This document shows positions 13,501 to 27,500 of a stretch of DNA of 64,000 nucleotides, piece by piece. How positions within the stretch are numbered: position 1 is the stretch's first letter; the number at the start of each line of letters is the position of its first letter. A program made the translations under genes and the position numbers. The notes beneath the pieces were generated by a model that was not told the DNA's origin, searched no databases, and saw only the letters and a program-made list of their open reading frames with translations. The DNA lies in assembly GCA_964016885.1 (NCBI GenBank), contig OZ024744.1:11098001-11162000 (forward strand), read 5' to 3'. Origin of the DNA: Eledone cirrhosa (lineage: Eukaryota).

Positions 13501-16500
13501 ATGTTATACTCCAATATGGTGTGTTCGTGTACTCCAATATGTTGTGTTATTGTACTCCAATATGTTGCGTTGTTGTACTCCAATATGTTGTGTTGTTATA
13601 CTCCAATATGTCGTGTGGCTGTATTCCAATATGTCATGTTGTTGTACTCCAATATGTCTTGTTATAGTCCAATATGTCGTGTTGTTGTACTCCAATATAT
13701 CATGTAGTTGTACTCCAATATTTCGTGTTGTTGTACCCCAATATGTAGTGTTGTTTATACTCCAATATGTTTTGCTGTTGTACTCCAATATGTTGTGTTG
13801 CTGTACTCCTATATGTTGTGTTGTTATTCTCCAATATGTTGTGCTGTTGTACTCCAATGTGTTGTGTTGTTATACTCCAATGTGTTGTGTTGTTATACTC
13901 CAATATGTTGTGTTGTTGTAGTCCAATATGTTGTGTTGTCGTACTCCAATATGTTGTGTTGTTATACTCCAATATTTCGTGTGGTTGTACTCCAATATGT
14001 CATGGTGTTGTACTTCAATATGTCGTGTTGTTGTACTCCAATATGTTGTCTTGTTGTACTCCAATCTGTTGTATTGTTGTACTTCAATATGTTCTGTTGT
14101 TGTACTCCAATATATTGTGTTGTTGTACTCCAATATGTTGTGTTGTTGTACTCCAATATGCTGTGTTGTTGTACTCCAATATGTTGTGTTGTTGTACTCC
14201 AATATGTTGTGTTGTTGTACTCCAATATCTTGTGTTCTTATACTCCAATATGTTGTGTTGTTATACTCCAATATGTTGTGTTGTTGTACTCCAATATGTT
14301 GTGCTGTTGTACTCCAATATGATGTGCTGTTGTACTCCAATATGTTGTGTTGTTGTACTCCAATGTGTTGTGTTGTTATACTCCAATATGGTGTGTTGTT
14401 GAACTCCAATATGTTGTATTGTTTTTCTCCAATATGTCATGTTATACTCCAATATGTTGTGTTCGTGTACTCCAATATGTTGTGTTATTGTACTCCAATA
14501 TGTTGCGTTGTTGTACTCCAATATGTTGTGTTGTTATACTCCAATATGTTGTGTTGTTGTACTCCAATATGTCATGTTGTTGTACTCCAGTATGTCTTGT
14601 TATACTCCAATATGTCGTGTTGCTGTACTCCAATATGTCATGCTGTTGTACTCCAATATTTCGTGTCGTTGTACGCCAATATGTTGTGCTTTTGTACTCC
14701 AATATGTTTTGCTGTTGTACTCCACTGTGTTGTGTTGTTGAACTCCAATATGTTGTGTTGTTGTTCTCCAATATTTTGTGCTGTTGTACTCCAATGTGTT
14801 GTGTTGTTATACTCCAATATGTTGTGTTGTGATACTCCAATGTGTTGTGTTGTTGTACTCCAATATGTTGTGTTGTTGTACTCCAATATGTTGTGTTGTT
14901 ATACACCAATGTGGTGTGCTGTTGTAATCCAATATGTTATGTTGTACTCCAATATGTTGTGTTGTTATACTCCAATATGTAGTGTTGTTATACTCCAATA
15001 TGTTGTGTTGTTGTACTCCAATCTGTTGTGTTATACTCCAATATGTTGTGTTGTTGTACTCCAATATGTTGTATTGTTGTTCTCCAATATGTCATGCTAT
15101 ACTCCAATAAGTTGTGTTCTTGTACTCCAATATGTTTTGTTGTTGTACTCCAATATGTTGTGTTGTTGTACTCCAATATATCATGTTGTCGTACTCCAAT
15201 ATGTCATGTTATACTCCAATATGTCGTTGTTATACTCCAATATGTCATGTTGCTGTACTCCAGCATGTCGTGTTGTAGTACTCCAATATGTTTTGATGTT
15301 GTACTCCAATATGTTGTGTTGTTGTACTCCAATATGTTGTGTTGTTGTACTCCAATATGTTGTGTTGTTATACTCCAATATGTTGTGCTGTTGTACTCCA
15401 ATATGTCATGTTGTTGTACTCCGATATTTCGTGTTGTTCTACTCCAATATTTCGTGTTGTTGTACTCCAATATCTCGTGGTGTTGTACTCCAATATGTTT
15501 TGATGTTGTACTCCAATATGTCGTGTTGTTGTACTCCAATATGTTGTGTTGTTGTACTCCAATATGCTGTGTTGTTATACTCCTGTATGTTGAGCTGTTG
15601 TACTTCAATATGTTGTGTTCTACTCCAATATGTTGTGTTGTTCTACTCCAATATGTTGTGTTGTTGTACTCCAATATGTTGTGTTGTTGTACTCCAATAT
15701 GTGATGTTGTTGTACTCCAATATGTCGTATTGTTGTACTCCAATATATTGTGTTGTTATACTCCAATATTTCGTGTTGTTTTAGTCCAATATGTCATGTT
15801 GTTTACTCCAATATTTCGTGTTGTTGTACTCCAATATGTCATGGTGTTGTACTTCAATATGTCGTATTGTTGTACTCCAATATGTTGTGTTGTTGTTCTC
15901 CAATATGTCGTGTTGTTATACTCCAATATGTTATGATGTTGTACTCCAATATATTGTGTTGTTGTACTCCAATATGTTGTGTTGCTGTACTCCAATATGT
16001 TGTGTCGTTGTACTCCAATATGTTGTGTTGTTGTACTCCAATATGTTGTGCTGTTGTACTCCAATATGTTGTTGTACTCCAATATGCCATGTTGTTATAC
16101 TCCAATATGTCGTGGTGTTGTACTCCAATATGTCATGTTGTTGTACTCCAATATTTCGTGTTGTTGTACTCCAATATGTCATAGGGGTTGTACTCCAATA
16201 TGGTGTGTTGTTGTACTCCAATATGCTGTGTTGCTATACTCCAATAGGTTGTGTTGTTGTACTCCAATATGCTGTGTTGGCTGTGCTCCAATACGTTGTG
16301 TTGTTGTACTCCAATATGTTGTGCTGCTGTACTCCAATATGTTGTGTTGTTGTACTCCAATATGTTGTGTTGTTGTACTCCAATATGTTGTGTTGTTGTA
16401 CTCCAATCTATATCGCTGTTGTACTCCAATATGTTGTGTTGTTGTACTCCAATATGTTGTGTTGTTGTACTCCAAAATATTGTGTTGTTATACTCCAATA

Positions 16501-18565
16501 TGTTGTGTTGTTATACTCCAATATGTTGTGCTGTTATACTCCAATATGTTGTGTTGTTGTACTCCAATATGTTGTGCTGTTATACTCCAATATTTTGTGT
16601 TGTTATACTCCAATATGTGGTATTGTTGTACTCCAATATGTTGTGCTGTTGTACTCCAATATGTTGTGTTGTTATACTCCAACATGTTGTGTTGTTATAC
16701 TCCAATATGTTGTGTTGTTATACTCGAATATTTTGTGTTGTTATACTCGAATATCTTGTGTTGTTATACTCGAATATGTTGTGCTGTTGTACTCCAATAT
16801 GTCGTGTTGTTGTACTCCAATATATCATGTAGTTGTACTCCAATATTTCGTGTTGTTGTACCCCAATATGTAGTGTTGTTTATACTCCAATATGTTTTGC
16901 TGTTGTACTCCAATATGATGTGCTGTTGTACTCCAATATGTTGTATTGTTGTTCTCCAATATGTCATGTTATACTCCAATAAGTTGTGTTCTTGTACTCC
17001 AATATGTTGTGTTGTTGTACTCCAATATATCATGTTGTCGTACTCCAATATGTCATGTTATACTCCAATATGTCATTGTTGTACTCCAATATGTCGTGTT
17101 GTTGTACTCCAATATGTCGTGTTGTTGTACTCCAATATGCTGTGTTGTTATACTCCAATATGTTGTGTTGTTGTACTCCAATATGTTGTGTTGTTATACT
17201 CCAATATGTTGTGTCGTTGTACTCCAATATGTCATGTTGTTGTACTCCAATATGTTGCGTTGTTGTACTCCAATATATCATGTTGTCGTACTCCAATATG
17301 TTTTGATGTTGTACTCCAATATGTTATGTTGTTGTACTCCAATATGTTGTGTAGTCGTACTCCAATATGTTGTGTTGTTGTACTCCAATATGCTGTGATG
17401 TTGTACTCCAATATGATGTGCTGTTGTACTCCAATGCGTTGTGTTGTTGTACTCCAATATGCTGTGTTGTTATACTCCAATATGTTGTGTTGTTATACTC
17501 CAATCTGTTGTGTTGTTATACTCCAATATATTGTGTTGTTATACTCCAATATGTTGTGTTGTTTTACTCCAATATGTTGTGTTGTTGTACTCCAATATCT
17601 TGTATTGTTGTTCTCCAATATGTCATGTTATACTCCAATAAGTTGTGTTCTTGTACTCCAATATGTTGTGTTGTTGTACTCCAATATGTTGTGTTGTTGT
17701 ACTCCAATATATCATGTTGTCGTACTCCAATATGTCATGTTATACTCCAATGTGTCATTGTTGTACTCCAATATGTCGTGTTGTTGCACTCCAATATGTC
17801 GTGTTGTTGTACTCCAATATGTTGTGTTGTTGTACTCCAATGTGTTGTGTTGTTGTACTCCAATATGTTGTGTTGTTATACTCCAATATGTTATGTTGTT
17901 GTACTCCAATATGTCATGTTGTTGTACTCCAATATGTTTTGATGTTGTACTCCAATATGTCGTGTTGTTATACTCCAATATGTTATGATGTTGTACTCCA
18001 ATATATTGTGTTGTTGTACTCCAATATGTTGTGTTGCTGTACTCCAATATGTTGTGTCGTTGTACTCCAATACGTTGTGTTGTTGTACTCCAATATGTTG
18101 TTGTACTCCAATATGCCATGTTGTCGTACTCCAATATTTCGTGTTGTTGTACTCCAATATGTCATGGTGTTGTACTCCAATATGTTGTGTTGTTGTACTC
18201 CAATATGTTGTGTTGTTGTACTCCAATATGTTGTGTTGTTGTACTCCAATATGTGGTGGTGTTGTACTCCAATATGTCATGTTGTTGTACTCCAATATTT
18301 CGTGTTGTTGTACTCCAATATGTCATAGGGGTTGTACTCCAATATGCTGTGTTGCTGTACTCCAATAGGTTGTGTTGTTGTACTCCAATATGCTGTGTTG
18401 GCTGTGCTCCAATACGTTGTGTTGTTGTACTCCAATATTTTGTGCTGCTGTACTCCAATATGTTGCGTTGTTGTACTCCAATATGTTGTGTTGTTGTACT
18501 CCAATATGTTGTGTTGTTGTACTCCAATCTATATCGCTGTTGTACTCCAATATGTTGTGTTGTTG
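7501..18565 (+). repeat. Tandem duplication of a 5533-bp higher-order block (7501-13033 and 13034-18565)
   Basis: Matching ORFs at constant offset 5533 (8395/13928, 9495/15028), then 5532 after a 1-bp deletion near 15802 (10447/15979, 12113/17645). The variant monomer TACTCCAATATGTTGTGCTTTTG starts at both 7501 and 13034. Confidence 0.93.
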
Positions 18566-21500
18566 TACTCCAATATGTTGTGCTGTTGTACTCCAATATG
18601 TTGTGCTGTTGTGCTCCAATATTTTGTGCTGTTATACTCCAATATATTGTGTTGTTATACTCCAATATGTTGTGTTGTTGTACTCCAAAATATTGTGTTG
18701 TTATACTCCAATATGTTGTGTTGTTATACTCCAATAAGTTGTGCTGTTATACTCAATATGTTGTGTTGTTGTACTCCAATATGTTGTGCTGTTATACTCC
18801 AATATTTTGTGTTGTTATACTCCAATATGTGGTATTGTTGTACTCCAATATGTTGTGCTGTTGTACTCCAATATGTTGTGTTGTTATACTCCAACATGTT
18901 GTGTTGTTATACTCCAATATGTTGTGTTGTTATACTCGAATATGTTGTGTTGTTATACTCGAATATCTTGTGTTGTTATACTCGAATATGTTGTGCTGTT
19001 GTACTCCAATATGTCGTGTTGTTGTACTCCAATATATCATGTAGTTGTACTCCAATATTTCGTGTTGTTGTACCCCAATATGTAGTGTTGTTTATACTCC
19101 AATATGTTTTGCTGTTGTACTCCAATATGTTGTGTTGCTGTACTCCTATATGTTGTGTTGTTATTCTCCAATATGTTGTGCTGTTGTACTCCAATGTGTT
19201 GTGTTGTTATACTCCAATATGTTGTGTTGATTTACTCCAATATGTTGTGTTGTTGTACTCCAATCTGTTGTGTTGTTATACTCCAATGTGTTGTGTTGTT
19301 ATACTCCAATATGTTGTGTTGTTGTAGTCCAATATGTTGTGTTGTCGTACTCCAATATGTTGTGTTGTTATACTCCAATATTTCGTGTGGTTGTACTCCA
19401 ATATGTCATGGTGTTGTACTTCAATATGTCGTGTTGTTGTACTCCAATATGTTGTCTTGCTGTACTCCAATATGTTGTGTTGTTGTACTCCAATATCTTG
19501 TGTTCTTATACTCCAATATGTTGTGTTGTTATACTCCAATATGTTGTGTTGTTGTACTCCAATATGTTGTGCTGTTTTACTCCAATATGTTGTGTTGTTG
19601 TACTCCAATATGTTGTATTGTTTTTCTCCAATATGTCATGTTATACTCCAATAAGTTGTGTTCTTGTACTCCAATATGTTGTGTTGTTGTACTCCAATAT
19701 ATCATGTTGTCGTACTCCAATATGTCATGTTATACTCCAATATGTCATTGTTGTACTCCAATATGTCGTGTTGTTGTACTCCAATATGTCGTGTTGTTGT
19801 ACTCCAATATGTTGTGTTGTTGTACTCCAATATGTTGTGTTGTTGTACTCCAATATGTTGTGTTGTTATACTCCAATATGTTATGTTGTTGTACTCCAAT
19901 ATGTCATGTTGTTGTACTCCAATATGTTTTGATGTTGTACTCCAATATGTTGTGTTGTTGTACTCCAATATGTTTTGATGTTGTAGTCCAATATGTTGTG
20001 TTGTTGTACTCCAATATGTTGTGTAGTCGTACTCCAATATGTGGGGTTGTTGTACTCCAATATGCTGTGATGTTGTACTCCAATATGATGTGCTGTTGTA
20101 CTCCAATGCGTTGTGTTGTTGTACTCCAATATGCTGTGTTGTTATACTCCAATATGTTGTGTTGTTGTACTCCAATATGTTGTGTTGTTGTACTCCAATA
20201 TGTTGTGTTGTTGTAATCCAATATCTTGTGTAGTTATACTCCAATATGTTGTGCTGTTGTACTCCAATATGTTGAGTTGTTATACTCCAATATGTAGTAT
20301 TGTTATACTCCAATATGTTGTGTTGTTGTACTCCAATCTGTTGCGTTATACTCCAATATGTTGTGTTGTTATACTCCAATATGTTGTGTTGTTATACTCC
20401 AATATGTTGTGTTGTTTTACTCCAATATGTTGTATTGTTGATCTCCAATATGTCATATTATACTCCAATAAGTTGTGTTCTTGTACTCCAATATGTGTTG
20501 TTGTTGTACTCCAATATGTTGCGTTGTTGTACTCCAATATATCATGTTGTCGTACTCCAATATGTCATGTTATACTCCAATATGTTTTGATGCTGTACTC
20601 CAATATGTTGTGTTGTACTACAATATGTTGTGTTGTTGTACTCCAATATGTTGTGTTGTTATACTCCAATATGTTGTGCTGTTGTACTCCAATATGTTGT
20701 GTTGTTATACTCCAATATGTAGTGTTGTTATACTCCAATATGTTGTGTTGTTGTACTCCAATCTGTTGTGTTGTTATACTCCAATATATTGTGTTGTTAT
20801 ACTCCAATATGTTGTGTTGTTTTACTCCAATATGTTGTGTTGTTGTACTCCAATATGTTGTATTGTTGTTCTCCAATATGTCATGTTATACTCCAATAAG
20901 TTGTGTTCTTGTACTCCAATATGTTGTGTTGTTGTACTCCAATGTGTTGTGTTGTTGTACTCCAATATATCATGTTGTCGTACTCCAATATGTCATGTTA
21001 TACTCCAATATGTCGTTGTTATACTCCAATATGTCATGATGTTGTACTCCAATATGTCGTGTTCTTGTACTCCAATATGTCGTGTTGTCGTACTCCAATA
21101 TGTTGTGTTGTTGTACTCCAATATGTTGTGCTGTTGTACTCCAATATTTCGTGTTGTTGTACTCCAATACGTCGTGTTGTACTCCAATATGTTGTGTTGT
21201 TATACTCCAATATGTTATGTTGTTGTACTCCAATGTGTCTTGTTGTTGTACTCCAATATGTTTTGATGTTGTACTCCAATATGTTGTGTTGTTGCACTCC
21301 AATATGTTTTGATGTTGTACTCCAATATGTTGTGTTGTTGTACTCCAATATGTTGTGTAGTCGTATTCCAATATGTTGTGTTGTTGTACTCTAATATGTT
21401 TTGTTGTTATTCTCCAATATGTTGTGATGTTGTACTCCAATGTGTTGTGTTGTTGTACTCCAATGTGATGTGTTGTTGTACTCCAATATGTTGTGCTGTT

Positions 21501-24500
21501 GTACTCCAATATTTTTTGTTTTTTGTACTCCAATATGTTGTGTTGTTATACTCCAATATGTTGTGTTGTTATACTCCAATATGGTGTGTTGTTGTACTCC
21601 AATATGTTGTATTGTTTTCTCCAATATGTCATGTTATACTCCAATATGGTGTGTTCGTGTACTCCAATATGTTGTGTTATTGTACTCCAATATGTTGCGT
21701 TGTTGTACTCCAATATGTTGTGTTGTTATACTCCAATATGTCGTGTGGCTGTACTCCAATATGTCATGTTGTTGTACTCCAATATGTCTTGTTATAGTCC
21801 AATATGTCGTGTTGTTGTACTCCAATATATCATGTAGTTGTACTCCAATATTTCGTGTTGTTGTACCCCAATATGTAGTGTTGTTTATACTCCAATATGT
21901 TTTGCTGTTGTACTCCAATATGTTGTGTTGCTGTACTCCTATATGTTGTGTTGTTATTCTCCAATATGTTGTGCTGTTGTACTCCAATGTGTTGTGTTGT
22001 TATACTCCAATGTGTTGTGTTGTTATACTCCAATATGTTGTGTTGTTGTAGTCCAATATGTTGTGTTGTCATACTCCAATATGTTGTGTTGTTATACTCC
22101 AATATTTCGTGTGGTTGTACTCCAGTATGTCATGGTGTTGTACTTCAATATGTCGTGTTGTTGTACTCCAATATGTTGTCTTGTTGTACTCCAATCTGTT
22201 GTATTGTTGTACTTCAATATGTTCTGTTGTTGTACTCCAATATATTGTGTTGTTGTACTCCAATATGTTGTGTTGTTGTACTCCAATATGCTGTGTTGTT
22301 GTACTCCAATATGTTGTGTTGTTGTACTCCAATATGTTGTGTTGTTGTACTCCAATATCTTGTGTTCTTATACTCCAATATGTTGTGTTGTTATACTCCA
22401 ATATGTTGTGTTGTTGTACTCCAATATGTTGTGCTGTTGTACTCCAATATGATGTGATGTTGTACTCCAATATGTTGTGTTGTTGTACTCCAATGTGTTG
22501 TGTTGTTGTACTCCAATATGTTGTGCCGTTGTACTCCAATATTTTTTTTGTTTTTGTACTCCAAAATGTTGTGTTGTTATACTCCAATATGTTGTGTTGG
22601 TGTACTCCAATATGGTGTGCTGTTGTACTCCAAATCTCGTGTTGTTATACTCCAATGTGTTGTGTTGTTATACTCCAATATGGTGTGTTGTTGAACTCCA
22701 ATATGTTGTATTGTTTTTCTCCAATATGTCATGTTATACTCCAATATGTCGTGTTGCTGTACTCCAATATGTCATGCTGTTGTACTCCAATATGTTTTGC
22801 TGTTGTACTCCACCGTGTTGTGTTGTTGAACTCCAATACGTTGTGTTGTTGTTCTCCAATATTTTGTGCTGTTGTACTCCAATTTGTGTTGTTGTACTCC
22901 AATATGTTGTGTTGTTGTACTCCAATATGTTGTGTTGTTGTACTCCAATATGTTGTGTTGTTATACTCCAATTTGTTGTGCTGTTGTACTCCAAACTTTC
23001 GTGTTGTTGTACTCCAATACGTCGTGTTGTTGTACTCCAATATGTTTTGATGTTGTACTCAAATATGTTGTGTTGTTGTACTCCAATATGTTTTGATGTT
23101 GTACTCCAATATGTTGTGTTGTTGTACTCCAATATGTTGTGTAGTCTTACTCCAATATGTTGTGTTGTTGTACTCCAATATTCTGTGATGTTGTACTCCA
23201 ATATGATGTGATGTTGTACTCCAATGCGTTGTGTTGTTGTACTCCAATGTGATGTGTTGTTGTACTCCAATATGTTGTGCCATTGTACTCCAATATTTTT
23301 TTATATTTGTACTCCAATATGTTGTGTTGTTATACTCCAATATGTTGTGCTGTTGTACTCCAAATCTCGTGTTGTTATACTCCAATGTGTTGTGTTGTTA
23401 TACTCCAATATGGTGTGTTGTTGTAGTCCAATATGTTGTATTGTTTTTTTCCAATATGTCATGTTATACTCCAATATGTTGTGTTCGTGTACTCCAATAT
23501 GTTGTGTTATTGTACTCCAATATGTTGCGTTGTTGTACTCCAATATGTTGTGTTGTTATACTCCAATATGTTGTGTTGTTGTACTCCAATATGTTGTCTT
23601 GTTGTACTCCAAAAGGCCATGTTATCGTACTCCAATATGTGTTGTTATACTCCAATATGTCGTGTGGCTGTACTCCAATATTTCATGTTGTTGTACTCCA
23701 ATATGTCTTGTTATAGTCCAATATGTCGTGTTGTTGTACTCCAATATGTCATGTAGTTGTATTCCAATATTTCGTGTTGTTGTACCCCAATATGTCGTGT
23801 TGTTTATACTCCAATATGTTTTGCTGTTGTACTCCAATATGTTGTGTTGCTGTATTCCAATATGTTGTGTTGTTATTCTCCAATATGTTGTGCTGTTGTA
23901 CTCCAATGTGTTATGTTGTTATACTCCAATATGTTGTGCTGTGCTACTCCAATATATTGTGTTGTTGTACTCCAATGTGTTGTGTTGTTATACTCCAATA
24001 TGTTGTGTTGATTTACTCCAATATGTTGTGTTGTTGTACTCCAATATGTTGTGTTGTTATACTCCAATATGTTGTGTTGTTATACTCCAATATGTTGTGT
24101 TGTTGTACTCCAATGTGTTGTGTTGTTGTACTCCAATATATCATGTTGTCGTACTCCAATATGTCATGTTATACTCCAATATGTCGTTGTTATACTCCAA
24201 TATGTCATGATGTTGTACTCCAATATGTCGTGTTCTTGTACTCCAATATGTCGTGTTGTCGTACTCCAATATGTTGTGTTGTTGTACTCCAATATGTTGT
24301 GCTGTTGTACTCCAATATTTCGTGTTGTTGTACTCCAATACGTCGTGTTGTACTCCAATATGTTGTGTTGTTATACTCCAATATGTTATGTTGTTGTACT
24401 CCAATGTGTCTTGTTGTTGTACTCCAATATGTTTTGATGTTGTACTCCAATATGTTGTGTTGTTGCACTCCAATATGTTTTGATGTTGTACTCCAATATG

Positions 24501-27500
24501 TTGTGTTGTTGTACTCCAATATGTTGTGTAGTCGTATTCCAATATGTTGTGTTGTTGTACTCTAATATGTTTTGTTGTTATTCTCCAATATGTTGTGATG
24601 TTGTACTCCAATGTGTTGTGTTGTTGTACTCCAATGTGATGTGTTGTTGTACTCCAATATGTTGTGCTGTTGTACTCCAATATTTTTTGTTTTTTGTACT
24701 CCAATATGTTGTGTTGTTATACTCCAATATGTTGTGTTGTTATACTCCAATATGGTGTGTTGTTGTACTCCAATATGTTGTATTGTTTTCTCCAATATGT
24801 CATGTTATACTCCAATATGGTGTGTTCGTGTACTCCAATATGTTGTGTTATTGTACTCCAATATGTTGCGTTGTTGTACTCCAATATGTTGTGTTGTTAT
24901 ACTCCAATATGTCGTGTGGCTGTACTCCAATATGTCATGTTGTTGTACTCCAATATGTCTTGTTATAGTCCAATATGTCGTGTTGTTGTACTCCAATATA
25001 TCATGTAGTTGTACTCCAATATTTCGTGTTGTTGTACCCCAATATGTAGTGTTGTTTATACTCCAATATGTTTTGCTGTTGTACTCCAATATGTTGTGTT
25101 GCTGTACTCCTATATGTTGTGTTGTTATTCTCCAATATGTTGTGCTGTTGTACTCCAATGTGTTGTGTTGTTATACTCCAATGTGTTGTGTTGTTATACT
25201 CCAATATGTTGTGTTGTTGTAGTCCAATATGTTGTGTTGTCATACTCCAATATGTTGTGTTGTTATACTCCAATATTTCGTGTGGTTGTACTCCAGTATG
25301 TCATGGTGTTGTACTTCAATATGTCGTGTTGTTGTACTCCAATATGTTGTCTTGTTGTACTCCAATCTGTTGTATTGTTGTACTTCAATATGTTCTGTTG
25401 TTGTACTCCAATATATTGTGTTGTTGTACTCCAATATGTTGTGTTGTTGTACTCCAATATGCTGTGTTGTTGTACTCCAATATGTTGTGTTGTTGTACTC
25501 CAATATGTTGTGTTGTTGTACTCCAATATCTTGTGTTCTTATACTCCAATATGTTGTGTTGTTATACTCCAATATGTTGTGTTGTTGTACTCCAATATGT
25601 TGTGCTGTTGTACTCCAATATGATGTGATGTTGTACTCCAATATGTTGTGTTGTTGTACTCCAATGTGTTGTGTTGTTGTACTCCAATATGTTGTGCCGT
25701 TGTACTCCAATATTTTTTTTGTTTTTGTACTCCAAAATGTTGTGTTGTTATACTCCAATATGTTGTGTTGGTGTACTCCAATATGGTGTGCTGTTGTACT
25801 CCAAATCTCGTGTTGTTATACTCCAATGTGTTGTGTTGTTATACTCCAATATGGTGTGTTGTTGAACTCCAATATGTTGTATTGTTTTTCTCCAATATGT
25901 CATGTTATACTCCAATATGTCGTGTTGCTGTACTCCAATATGTCATGCTGTTGTACTCCAATATGTTTTGCTGTTGTACTCCACCGTGTTGTGTTGTTGA
26001 ACTCCAATACGTTGTGTTGTTGTTCTCCAATATTTTGTGCTGTTGTACTCCAATTTGTGTTGTTGTACTCCAATATGTTGTGTTGTTGTACTCCAATATG
26101 TTGTGTTGTTGTACTCCAATATGTTGTGTTGTTATACTCCAATTTGTTGTGCTGTTGTACTCCAAACTTTCGTGTTGTTGTACTCCAATACGTCGTGTTG
26201 TTGTACTCCAATATGTTTTGATGTTGTACTCAAATATGTTGTGTTGTTGTACTCCAATATGTTTTGATGTTGTACTCCAATATGTTGTGTTGTTGTACTC
26301 CAATATGTTGTGTAGTCTTACTCCAATATGTTGTGTTGTTGTACTCCAATATTCTGTGATGTTGTACTCCAATATGATGTGATGTTGTACTCCAATGCGT
26401 TGTGTTGTTGTACTCCAATGTGATGTGTTGTTGTACTCCAATATGTTGTGCCATTGTACTCCAATATTTTTTTATATTTGTACTCCAATATGTTGTGTTG
26501 TTATACTCCAATATGTTGTGCTGTTGTACTCCAAATCTCGTGTTGTTATACTCCAATGTGTTGTGTTGTTATACTCCAATATGGTGTGTTGTTGTAGTCC
26601 AATATGTTGTATTGTTTTTTTCCAATATGTCATGTTATACTCCAATATGTTGTGTTCGTGTACTCCAATATGTTGTGTTATTGTACTCCAATATGTTGCG
26701 TTGTTGTACTCCAATATGTTGTGTTGTTATACTCCAATATGTTGTGTTGTTGTACTCCAATATGTTGTCTTGTTGTACTCCAAAAGGCCATGTTATCGTA
26801 CTCCAATATGTGTTGTTATACTCCAATATGTCGTGTGGCTGTACTCCAATATTTCATGTTGTTGTACTCCAATATGTCTTGTTATAGTCCAATATGTCGT
26901 GTTGTTGTACTCCAATATGTCATGTAGTTGTATTCCAATATTTCGTGTTGTTGTACCCCAATATGTCGTGTTGTTTATACTCCAATATGTTTTGCTGTTG
27001 TACTCCAATATGTTGTGTTGCTGTATTCCAATATGTTGTGTTGTTATTCTCCAATATGTTGTGCTGTTGTACTCCAATGTGTTATGTTGTTATACTCCAA
27101 TATGTTGTGCTGTGCTACTCCAATATATTGTGTTGTTGTACTCCAATGTGTTGTGTTGTTATACTCCAATATGTTGTGTTGATTTACTCCAATATGTTGT
27201 GTTGTTGTACTCCAATATGTTGTGTTGTTATACTCCAATATGTTGTGTTGTTATACTCCAATATGTTGTGTTGTTTTACTCCAATATGTTGTGTTGTTGT
27301 ACTCCAATATGTTGTGTTGTTGTACTCCAATATGTTGTGTTGTTGTAATCCAATATCTTGTGTTGTTATACTCCAATATGTTGTGTTGTTGTACTCCAAT
27401 ATGTTGTGTTGTTATACTCCAATATGTTGTGTTGTGATACTCCAATATGTTGTGCTGTTGTACTCCAATATGTTGTGTTGTTATACTCCAATATGTTGTG

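Noticed and set aside
21380-21400. Fungal RIP signature (many TG>TA changes)
   Set aside because: Every G in the consensus follows a T, so the context is uninformative. The + strand CpA target (CCAA>CTAA) is mutated only rarely, e.g. TACTCTAAT here and in its copies.
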